Source of the DNA: a virus
UHGV virus genome: UHGV-0209067
Length of the DNA: 43,863 nucleotides
Reading direction: 5' to 3' (one strand)
Positions 16,799 to 24,230 of the stretch are shown piece after piece. The notes beneath the pieces were generated by a model that did not search any database, was not told where the DNA came from, and saw nothing but the letters and a program-made list of their open reading frames with translations. Position numbers and translations under genes: made by a program. The stretch's first letter is position 1; each line of letters begins with the position of its first letter.

Positions 16799-16981
16799 AT
16801 GCTGAAACTATCCCTCAAACGTGGCGATGCGGTTCACGTAGTATTTTCAGATGGCAGTAACGGCATTATTGAAGCTCGTAGCCGTTGCGAGTTGGGAATG
16901 CACCTGCCGAAAAGCGTTAAAGTGACGCGAGAGAAAGGCGCATTCCTACCCGAAAACCTGATTAAGCGTAATCAGAAATAA
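16799..16981 (+). CDS. small hypothetical protein
   Basis: 60 aa ORF whose 3' end contains the 25-bp repeat also found at 11954. Confidence 0.4.
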   Translation: MLKLSLKRGDAVHVVFSDGSNGIIEARSRCELGMHLPKSVKVTREKGAFLPENLIKRNQK

Positions 16982-17030
16982 AACCACACTATCGCTAGCA
17001 TTGTGGCCTCACCCAATACAGGAGGCTGCA

Positions 17031-17237
17031 ATGCTGCGATGGCAACCCAGAGCTACTCTGCTCACAGATTTCGATATAAAGATTGGCCGGTTATCGGCAA
17101 GCGTACGAAAGAAGACTCTGACCCAGTCAGACATCGAACGCGCATGCAGTGATGCTGATGATGCCGTGTACCGGATGATGAGGAAAGACCAACATGGCCA
17201 GAGAAAACGACCTGCTAACAGACGCAGAACTGATTGA
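17031..17237 (+). CDS. hypothetical protein (start at AGGAGG-preceded ATG)
   Basis: ORF track 17001..17237. An ATG at 17031 is preceded by AGGAGG with 6-nt spacing. Overlaps the xis-like start. Confidence 0.35.
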   Translation: MLRWQPRATLLTDFDIKIGRLSASVRKKTLTQSDIERACSDADDAVYRMMRKDQHGQRKRPANRRRTD

Positions 17238-17418
17238 GTTTACCGGTTATCAGAAAGCATCAAAACAAAGGGAAATTCTCGACCGCGGCGGCGTCTCGTA
17301 CATACCGGACCGGGAAGGTCGCCCAATGGTTACCTGGACGCACATTAACGCTGTATTGAACGGGCAGATCACCGTACAGACCAGCACAGAAGAAAAACCC
17401 GATTTCGGAGCTATTTAA
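17194..17418 (+). CDS. excisionase-like protein (DUF4224 family)
   Basis: 74 aa. LTDAELIEFTGYQKASKQREILDRGGVSYIPDREGRPMV resembles DUF4224 proteins found directly upstream of enterobacterial prophage integrases. Stop abuts the int ATG. Confidence 0.6.
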   Translation: MARENDLLTDAELIEFTGYQKASKQREILDRGGVSYIPDREGRPMVTWTHINAVLNGQITVQTSTEEKPDFGAI

Positions 17419-18441
17419 ATGGGGCGCAGAAGAAAGGATCCTGGAGATAACAAACTGCCGCCGCGCGTATCCAAAACAAAAACGCGTTACTACTACAAAC
17501 CCACGTCACGAGAGACCGTGACACTGGGGCCAATCACTCTCACTATGTCAGCATTATGGAAACGGTATGAGGAAGAACGACGGAATTACTCAGATGTAAT
17601 GACGTTCGAAAAGCTCTGGGGAATGTTTCTCAAAAGCGCCTACTACACAGAGCTGGCAATACGAACCCAGCGTGACTATCTGCAACATCAGAAAAAACTA
17701 CTCGCTGTATTCGGCAAGGTTAAAGCTGACATAATCAAACCTGAAGACGTGCGGCAGTTTATGGATCGTCGTGGTCTGCAAAGTAAGAATCAGGCCAACC
17801 AGGAAATGAGCAGCATGTCTCGCGTTTACCGCTGGGGATATGAGCGCGGATATGTGAAGGGAAACCCCTGTGCCGGCGTCAGCAAATTTTCTCTCAAGGC
17901 TCGTGAGCAATACATCACTGACGAAGATTATCTGGCAATTTATAAACATGCAGATCACGTCGTCAGAGCCGCAATGGAAATATCTTACTTATGCGCCGCG
18001 CGACAAGCTGACGTACTCGAACTACGTTGGATGCAGATATCTGATAAAGGGATTTTTATCCAACAGGGCAAAACCGGGAAAAAACAGATAAAGGTCTGGA
18101 CACATCGCCTGCAGGAAGCGCTGGAAACGGCACAGGTAGCCTGTCCGAAGCTTTCACCTGACGCATTGGTTCTCTATAACAGCGATCGCGGCCAGTTCAT
18201 CCGCAAGACATTCAATAATCGCTGGCTAAAGGCTGTGCGGGCCGCACAGAGTGAACTTAACCGGCAACTGGATTACACATTCCACGACATTAAGGCAAAA
18301 GCTATCTCAGATTTTGAAGGGAGCAGCAGGGATAAGCAGATATTTAGCGGACACAAGACTGAAAGCCAGGTGCTTATTTATGACAGAAAAGTGCAAATTA
18401 GCCCTAGCCTTGATAAACCGCTAATTAATAAAATTACTTAA
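17419..18441 (+). CDS. int: tyrosine integrase (lambda/P4 Int family)
   Basis: 340 aa. N-terminal arm-binding region. C-terminal catalytic region with R...HDIKAKAIS (box II) and the LIYDR tyrosine motif. Follows the xis-like gene. Confidence 0.9.
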   Translation: MGRRRKDPGDNKLPPRVSKTKTRYYYKPTSRETVTLGPITLTMSALWKRYEEERRNYSDVMTFEKLWGMFLKSAYYTELAIRTQRDYLQHQKKLLAVFGKVKADIIKPEDVRQFMDRRGLQSKNQANQEMSSMSRVYRWGYERGYVKGNPCAGVSKFSLKAREQYITDEDYLAIYKHADHVVRAAMEISYLCAARQADVLELRWMQISDKGIFIQQGKTGKKQIKVWTHRLQEALETAQVACPKLSPDALVLYNSDRGQFIRKTFNNRWLKAVRAAQSELNRQLDYTFHDIKAKAISDFEGSSRDKQIFSGHKTESQVLIYDRKVQISPSLDKPLINKIT

Positions 18442-19720
18442 GCAATTGAGTCATAAACACATCGATGAAACAATTAAAATATGAAATCACAGAAGGATGG
18501 AATTTAAACATATACACACCTAAAGAAATCATAAATGGCAAAGCAGATATAATCAGCAAAAACACCATTGCGGCATCTAAACCCCTTGCTTGAGAATAGA
18601 GGTTCTTTTTATGCTTTGAAATTAGTTCTGCAAGTTCCCCACTCCTCTGGGCTTTTGTATGGCTAAATAAAGCATCTATTGAATTCATGATCGATTTAAG
18701 TACTTTTTTTTGGTCATAAATAGTAAGCGCAATTAACAGGGATGTTATTGCAACACCTAACAAGGCTAAGATGCTTTCAAATTTACCTGTATTTAAAATG
18801 GCTACAGCCACAGCAAAAGAAATTGGAAGCCCAAATAACTTGCCAGATATAGACGAAAGAGTACCTGAGATTTTGGAAGAAACAGTCATGTAATTTTCCG
18901 CTGCTTCTTTTTTCTGTTTCAAAAATGAAAAGTTAGTTAAATAACATTCAAAGTTCCCGTAATATGTTTCTTTCAATAACTCCCATTGTTCAATCAGAAA
19001 ATTAAATTTATCCTTACTCTCATCTATATCTTTAAGCACCTCAATAATTGACACCCTAAACATAGCTTGTTTTTCTTGAATGTGAGCATTATCCGTTCCA
19101 TTTTCCTTTATACTTTTAAAGATAGCCAAGTCAACCATAGGAAAAGAAATGCTTTCAATAGTTATTCTGGGTTCAATAACAATCGGCGATGTTTTTTTCG
19201 AGTTGCTAGTATCAATGAATACAAGTTTTAGCAGACCACTATGCTCTACACGATCGTTATAATTCGCTAAGTCATAAAGTTCTGTAATAAATTTTGAAAG
19301 CTGTAACGCCTTCAGAACTTGTTCATTGTTTGAGTTTACCTCACCAAATAAAAAATCCTCTTTTACAAGGTAAACATTCTCAACTCGACCACCAGTATTT
19401 AAATTATTATCTATGAGTAAAAAATCTTCTAATGACTCAATAAACTTAAAATCACCAACAGGTAACGACACTGTTAGAATAACATCTTTATCTGCTGTCA
19501 GACTGTCAGGAAAAACATCTTCATAGCATGTACCACAGGATATTGAGTCAAAAATCAACTCAAAATCTGCAATGCTCTGATCCGCGTTATTCCATAAGTC
19601 TTTAAAAATGTCGAACTGGGTAGTAAGTTGTCCTCTATATTCGAATGAGCAGTTAATAACAGAAGGTTTTCCTAACCCTCTGTAAAATGCAACCAACTTT
19701 TCAAAATATCTCGAGGACAT
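18434..19720 (-). CDS. cargo gene B: ~270-aa soluble N-terminal domain (unknown) + C-terminal three-TM membrane region; effector-like
   Basis: 428 aa. Hydrophobic helices LFGLPISFAVAVAILNTG, ILALLGVAITSLLIALTIY and AAMVFLLIISALPFMISLGVYMF near the C-terminus. Visibly AT-rich. 3-nt spacing to gene A. Convergent 8-bp overlap with the int stop. Confidence 0.6.
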   Translation of the reverse strand: MSSRYFEKLVAFYRGLGKPSVINCSFEYRGQLTTQFDIFKDLWNNADQSIADFELIFDSISCGTCYEDVFPDSLTADKDVILTVSLPVGDFKFIESLEDFLLIDNNLNTGGRVENVYLVKEDFLFGEVNSNNEQVLKALQLSKFITELYDLANYNDRVEHSGLLKLVFIDTSNSKKTSPIVIEPRITIESISFPMVDLAIFKSIKENGTDNAHIQEKQAMFRVSIIEVLKDIDESKDKFNFLIEQWELLKETYYGNFECYLTNFSFLKQKKEAAENYMTVSSKISGTLSSISGKLFGLPISFAVAVAILNTGKFESILALLGVAITSLLIALTIYDQKKVLKSIMNSIDALFSHTKAQRSGELAELISKHKKNLYSQARGLDAAMVFLLIISALPFMISLGVYMFKFHPSVISYFNCFIDVFMTQLLK

Positions 19721-19723
19721 AAT

Positions 19724-20875
19724 TTACCCTTCGTTCTTGAGTGCGTCTTCTAGCTTCTGGATTGTATTATCATCCAACTGAGAAATTATTAATTTTTTTT
19801 CTTTACGCAAATACTGAATTACAGAACCTGCCTGTTCACCGAAGAATTTCTTTTCAAAACTTAACTCCCATCCATTGGATTTTGTCCTGACTTTAGTTCT
19901 TTTGTTTACGACAGCCCTATTTATAGCAAACTCTAATGGAACCCCTATTTCTTCGCCATTGAGATACTCAACTAAATTGTCGATATTAGCATGTTTCCCT
20001 GCCGGCACAGCTTGTCTTACAATATGCTCAATTTCGGCCAGAGAAGCAGTTTCCCCCGGTTTTTTCTCTTTTAGATGGTACAGCACAGCATCGTAAGCGG
20101 CATTTTTATACGCTTTGATATCTGCGTGTGCATCAAAGTAACTTCTAACACCATTGAGAACTGCGTCTGTAGCTTTAGCTGAGGGGACACTATCTGAACA
20201 TCCCAGAGCTGCGACGAAATACCCAGAAGCATCCTGATTCACTTTGGGGCTAACAAATGCTAAATAAGTGGGCTTTTCATCATCGGGAAGTGTTTCAAAC
20301 AAGTGAAACCTATCAAAGTTAACACGCGCAGCCTGATGAATTTTTGCTAAGTCAATTTGAACCGTCCCCACTGGCTTTAGGTTCTCATCCAAACGCAGCG
20401 CATCCTTCTGTTTAACCATAGTAATCAGAAGGAAATGGGATTGACCACGAGTATAGTGAGCAAAGACTATGGCCCCGCCAGATGCAGCCACTCTAGTGGG
20501 ATCTTTAGCTTGGCGAGATAGTTCACTCATGCAAGTTAACGAGAACTTGTGGAAATCATCGGATGAAGCTGCCCCGCCATAATACGTTTTAAAAGCAGTA
20601 GGTACTTTAAACGTCACATCCTCGGAATCGAAGGTTCCTCGTGCGGCCTGATTCTCTTTTTTACCGATCAAGTCGTTCAAAGATTCTATCAACTGACAAA
20701 CGTGTTTATCATCGCTCGGAAGCACCGGCTTGATTGTTGTTTCAACTTTCTGCCTGCCACTCTCTTTGACTAGCTCATGAATTACGCAGTGTCGTAAATT
20801 AAAATCCATCTTTTCTACCTTAACATTGCTGTTAATAGTCAAATCATGACCATAAAAGTGCTCACATGAACACAT
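19724..20875 (-). CDS. cargo gene A: nucleoid-associated protein NdpA/YejK family (NA37)-like
   Basis: Alignable to E. coli YejK blocks: [11 protein letters not shown] vs [31 protein letters not shown] vs [47 protein letters not shown] vs [24 protein letters not shown]. Likely start MDFNLRH at 20809 (RBS AAGGTAG). AT-rich. Confidence 0.6.
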   Translation of the reverse strand: [383 protein letters not shown]

Positions 20876-20980
20876 ACTGCTATGTAGTTTAGAAGGTTAC
20901 AAGTTCGGGTTAAAATGATTTTTTATGCAGTTTTGAGGTAGGTCGAATTCTTTGAGGATATTCTTTTTTTATTCTTTGCT

Positions 20981-21016
20981 TCAAAAACAAAGGGGTTAGC
21001 ATTTAGCTAACCCCTT
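20981..21016 (-). terminator. strong intrinsic terminator immediately 3' of the tRNA fragment (minus strand)
   Basis: 11-bp perfect stem AAGGGGTTAGC/GCTAACCCCTT with a 5-nt loop, followed on the minus strand by TTTGTTTTTG. Confidence 0.65.
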
Positions 21017-21024
21017 GTTAAATT

Positions 21025-21084
21025 TGGCGGAAGCGTAGAGATTCGAACTCTAGAACCCTTTCGGGTCGCCGGTTTTCAAGACCG
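21025..21084 (-). other. attP core: 60-nt 3' portion of tRNA-Ser(UGA) (anticodon stem-loop through CCA), no 5' half present
   Basis: Minus strand reads CGGTCTTGAAAACCGGCGACCCGAAAGGGTTCTAGAGTTCGAATCTCTACGCTTCCGCCA: anticodon loop CTTGAAA (UGA), long variable arm, T-loop GTTCGAATC, CCA end. Matches enterobacterial serT except for two compensating T-stem changes. Upstream sequence is unrelated to a tRNA 5' half. Confidence 0.7.
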
Positions 21085-21243
21085 AAAAATAATACTTAAA
21101 AATCAAACCTATAACACAATAAAAAAGAATAACATCAATGTACAAAGCACATCAAAAACAATACATTAGGCACAACGCAAACAGCGATATTCTTCGAAAT
21201 TATGCACTATGTCTTGACTGATTATCTGCTATTGATGATAGTG

Positions 21244-21261
21244 ACTGTATAAAAACACAGT
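21244..21261. promoter_or_regulatory. LexA (SOS) box ACTGTATAAAAACACAGT upstream of the 87-aa gene
   Basis: Perfect CTGT-N8-ACAG. Lies between a TTGACT(21214)-17 nt-GATAGT promoter-like element and the GAGG RBS of the ATG at 21274. Confidence 0.65.
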
Positions 21262-21273
21262 GATGAGGCTATC

Positions 21274-21537
21274 ATGAAAAACAGAGAGTCCAATGTCAGC
21301 AGCCTACAAGAATTAGCCAATTTTGACATCGGCTATTCCTTGCTCACAAATGAAATCTATCTGTCCGCATCATTCATCGATAACATGGCCTGCATCCCAC
21401 ATTGGCCAGTAAAGGAGTTCCCAGACCAGTTTATGTGTATCTCACGTACTCGTGCAGAAGAATTGATAAAGGAGTTACAGAAAGCAATACACTACATGGA
21501 TGCAGGCATTGATAACCCCCATGGTAAGTTCAACTAG
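21274..21537 (+). CDS. small protein under LexA control (candidate antirepressor / SOS-induced moron)
   Basis: 87 aa ORF with a GAGG RBS. AT-rich. Located between attP and the invertase. Convergent 4-bp overlap with the invertase stop. No recognisable domain. Confidence 0.45.
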   Translation: MKNRESNVSSLQELANFDIGYSLLTNEIYLSASFIDNMACIPHWPVKEFPDQFMCISRTRAEELIKELQKAIHYMDAGIDNPHGKFN

Positions 21538-22100
21538 TTTCCGACCTCACATATAGACACAGGGAATTTTTTGTACAGTGTAGATACTCCAACATCGTAA
21601 ATAATTGAAACCTGCTTTCGATCCATTCCATTTTTTATCAAACGTCTCATTTGCGCCCATTCTTCACTACTAAATTTTGGGCGCCTTCCACCAATACGTC
21701 CTTCTGCGCGTGCGGCTGCTAAACCGGCCCGGGTGCGTTCGACAATAAGCTCTCTTTCCATTTCAGCCAGCGCGCCCATTACATGAAAGAAGAATCTCCC
21801 CATAGGTGTACTCGTATCGATGCTATCCGTCAGGCTCCGGAAGTTAACCCCTTTCTCCCGCAGTTCCTCCACTAACACAACAAGATGTCGCATGCTGCGG
21901 CCGAGGCGATCCAGTTTCCACACCACCAGCGTATCCCCTTCTGATAGCGTCCTGAGCACCTTTTTTAAGCCGGGCCTGTCAGACGTTTTTCCACTTATCT
22001 TGTCTTCGAAAATCAGCTCACATCCTGCACTCTCGAGCGCATTTCTCTGGAGTGCTGTGTTCTGGTCATTTGTTGACACGCGTACATAGCCAATCAGCAT
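21534..22100 (-). CDS. serine recombinase, DNA invertase (Hin/Gin/Cin/Pin family)
   Basis: 188 aa. N-terminal resolvase catalytic domain MLIGYVRVSTNDQNTALQ (Ser nucleophile). C-terminal HTH QVSIIYDVGVSTLYKKF. Adjacent to opposed tail-fibre gene pairs. Confidence 0.9.
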   Translation of the reverse strand: MLIGYVRVSTNDQNTALQRNALESAGCELIFEDKISGKTSDRPGLKKVLRTLSEGDTLVVWKLDRLGRSMRHLVVLVEELREKGVNFRSLTDSIDTSTPMGRFFFHVMGALAEMERELIVERTRAGLAAARAEGRIGGRRPKFSSEEWAQMRRLIKNGMDRKQVSIIYDVGVSTLYKKFPVSICEVGN

Positions 22101-22129
22101 GATAAATCCCTTCGCTAAAAGCTGGGATC

Positions 22130-22711
22130 ATGCCATCTGTACCTGAAATATTCATTTTCGCAAACGTTGGAATAGGAGAAACAGGAAAATACAACATTCT
22201 GCCAGCCTCAAGAGGCGGCACAGGTGCGTCAACTATAGCCGGAGCAAAAGCGAATCTTGGGATTGGTGGTGTGGCAAATGAAGATATTGTGCCAGTGAGT
22301 AAAGGCGGTTCTGGTGCAACAAACGTCGCTGGTGCATTGCTTAACTTTGGCCTGAGTGATTTAGTGACGGCCGGATTATCGCAGGTGGAATCCGGCACAG
22401 ACTTTATTTCTGTTAAGATTCCGTTTCTGTCAGGTGGTAACAAGCGATTCCTGATGATTCATGCCATCAAGGCGACAATGCCTGCAAATAATAACGGGTA
22501 TAACCTTACTGTTACATTCCCGACTGCCTATGATAATGCACCGATACCAATTCTTGGCTCGACCGTAGGGCTGACTTCAACAACGGGTGGTACCACAGAG
22601 TCAATGAATATTTCATCCGTCACAAAATCGGGTTGCATCATTTCTTCAGCATGGCAAACATGGTCTGAGGGCCAGGTATATCTTTTAACGATTGGAGGAG
22701 TTGCAGCATGA
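22130..22711 (+). CDS. alternative tail-fibre C-terminal segment (opposite orientation)
   Basis: 193 aa. GGTGA/GGSGATN repeats and an NKRF...TIGGVAA end, homologous to the C-terminal part of the minus-strand fibre. The in-frame region extends upstream to 22106 without an ATG, as expected for an S'v-type segment. Confidence 0.55.
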   Translation: MPSVPEIFIFANVGIGETGKYNILPASRGGTGASTIAGAKANLGIGGVANEDIVPVSKGGSGATNVAGALLNFGLSDLVTAGLSQVESGTDFISVKIPFLSGGNKRFLMIHAIKATMPANNNGYNLTVTFPTAYDNAPIPILGSTVGLTSTTGGTTESMNISSVTKSGCIISSAWQTWSEGQVYLLTIGGVAA

Positions 22712-23094
22712 AATATTATTCACCTTCAATTAATGGATTTCCCGAACAACAGACTGATGACAGTATTGAGATCAGTGAAGAGGTCTGGAGAATACTTCTT
22801 AGTGAAATTTACTCAGGCCGTGAGTTATTTAACGATGACGGTATGCCTGCTACCCGCATCCCCCAACCTACACAAGAGCAGATTATTGCTGCCGCTGAAA
22901 ATGAGCGTCAGCGATTGCTGGCTTATGCTGATACTGTAATGCTCGACTGGCGAACAGAATTGATGCTGGGTGAAATCAGCGACGCCAACAGGGCTAAATT
23001 GTCGGCGTGGCTGGCTTATAAAAATGAAGTTAAGTCGGCTGATGTGACAACCGACCCTGAGCATGTTAACTGGCCTGTTCCCCCGGAGGTGTAG
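22708..23094 (+). CDS. tail-fibre assembly protein (alternative copy, Tfa')
   Basis: 128 aa. C-terminal DANRAKLSAWLAYKNEVKSADVTTDPEHVNWPVPP matches the Tfa family C-terminus. Overlaps the fibre segment as ATGA. Converges with the minus-strand tfa. Confidence 0.65.
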   Translation: MKYYSPSINGFPEQQTDDSIEISEEVWRILLSEIYSGRELFNDDGMPATRIPQPTQEQIIAAAENERQRLLAYADTVMLDWRTELMLGEISDANRAKLSAWLAYKNEVKSADVTTDPEHVNWPVPPEV

Positions 23095-23482
23095 GCCATA
23101 CGGGTTTTGCTGTATCAACGCGCATCAGCAATACCCGGTATTTTTTCCACTCAGCAAGCGCGGCGGTTTCAACTCCCGTCGCTATTCCTGCATCAACAGC
23201 GTCCCGACGCCAGTCAATCTCTGAGTCTGCCTGTATACGTAAATTGGTCTTTTTTAATTCAGCGGCAGCGCTAAGTTCTTCCTTAGTTGGTGGGGGAATA
23301 TCCACCCATGCTGGCATACTATTATCGTCTGTTCCGCGTATTTTACCCACAGGTGGTGATGCAGAGAATTCAGTAAATACAGATTCATCAACTTCAATAT
23401 ATTCAATCGGCCATGAATCAGAAGCTTCATAAACTTCCCGCATTGAAAACGGGTAAAAATTACCATTAGAAAATGCGTACAT
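23066..23482 (-). CDS. tail-fibre assembly protein (Tfa)
   Basis: ORF track 23066..23506. Likely start MYAFSNGNF. C-terminal KKYRVLLMRVDTAKPVWPTPPGE is typical of Tfa/gpG/U chaperones. Follows the tail-fibre gene. Confidence 0.65.
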   Translation of the reverse strand: MYAFSNGNFYPFSMREVYEASDSWPIEYIEVDESVFTEFSASPPVGKIRGTDDNSMPAWVDIPPPTKEELSAAAELKKTNLRIQADSEIDWRRDAVDAGIATGVETAALAEWKKYRVLLMRVDTAKPVWPTPPGEQAS

Positions 23483-23489
23483 AATTATC

Positions 23490-24230
23490 TTAACCTCCAA
23501 TCGCAATCCACAGCGCAGTGTAGTTGCTGGTTCCCCATGTACTTACATCACACCCACTTCTGTCACCTTCCGTAAAAACTGGAGTCGCCGGATTAACGGT
23601 GAAGCCGCTACCAACTGGTGATGCAGCAAGAACAAAGCGTTTATTTGGAAAGGGGATCGGATATGTAATACGTGAACCTGTAGTACCGATGATAGATACC
23701 CGTCCCCACTGCACAACCACACCACTTGGCAACAGAAAATATCCGGCGTTATCCAGCGATCTGCCAAAGAAACTCATATCAGGGATCTGATTTGCACCTG
23801 TGCCAACCCCCCTTTTTGCCGCTTCTCCCAATTGAAGGTTTGCGAGACCGTTTTTTGACGTTAATACAGGAGTCCATTTTGCTGATGGCGGCTGGCTACC
23901 AATATTTGCATTTTGTAAGGACTGATAAGATTCACCGTTATGTGTGCAGATCGAACCGATATGATACTCCTGTTCTGCATGCCACTCTGGAACCCCCATT
24001 TGGTGCTGATACGCAATGAACTGACTCATTGCATACATTGCCGCATTGAAGTCCTCAAGCGAGGGGTGTTCGGAAGCGCCAACAATTCCCCATCCGCGAA
24101 GGAAAGATGCCGTGATCTGCGAGGTCAGGTCATCTGCCTGATTTGTTCCACCAAAAACGGTTCTTTCCATTCCCTGTGCATCAGAGGCAAAAGCCCGAAC
24201 ATTTCCCTGATATCGTGCAATCTTAGACAT
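23490..24230 (-). CDS. tail fibre protein
   Basis: 246 aa. Follows the gp48-like baseplate gene. C-terminal domain homologous to the plus-strand alternative segment. Followed by tfa. Confidence 0.6.
   Translation of the reverse strand: MSKIARYQGNVRAFASDAQGMERTVFGGTNQADDLTSQITASFLRGWGIVGASEHPSLEDFNAAMYAMSQFIAYQHQMGVPEWHAEQEYHIGSICTHNGESYQSLQNANIGSQPPSAKWTPVLTSKNGLANLQLGEAAKRGVGTGANQIPDMSFFGRSLDNAGYFLLPSGVVVQWGRVSIIGTTGSRITYPIPFPNKRFVLAASPVGSGFTVNPATPVFTEGDRSGCDVSTWGTSNYTALWIAIGG

Larger units (their letters stand above)
22101..24230. other. putative invertible tail-fibre host-range segment (G-segment-like); crossover sites not located
   Basis: Organisation tail fibre + Tfa (minus) / Tfa' + alternative fibre C-terminus (plus) / invertase (minus) mirrors Mu S-U-U'-S'-gin. 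The two fibre C-termini are homologous but divergent (both ...NKRF...IGG). I could not find clear 26-bp gix/hix-like inverted repeats by eye. Confidence 0.5.

Noticed and set aside
21025-21084. Possible complete tRNA-Ser gene
   Set aside because: Only the 3' 60 nt are tRNA-like. Sequence where the 5' half should be is AT-rich and unrelated. It was therefore interpreted as attP core, not a functional tRNA.
22097-22130. Search for a canonical 26-bp gix/hix/cix invertase crossover site in the 29-bp gap between the invertase and alternative-fibre start codons
   Set aside because: The sequence GATAAATCCCTTCGCTAAAAGCTGGGATC does not match the TTATC.AAACC...GGTTT.GATAA consensus in either orientation beyond a GATAA pentamer. 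No site was called.
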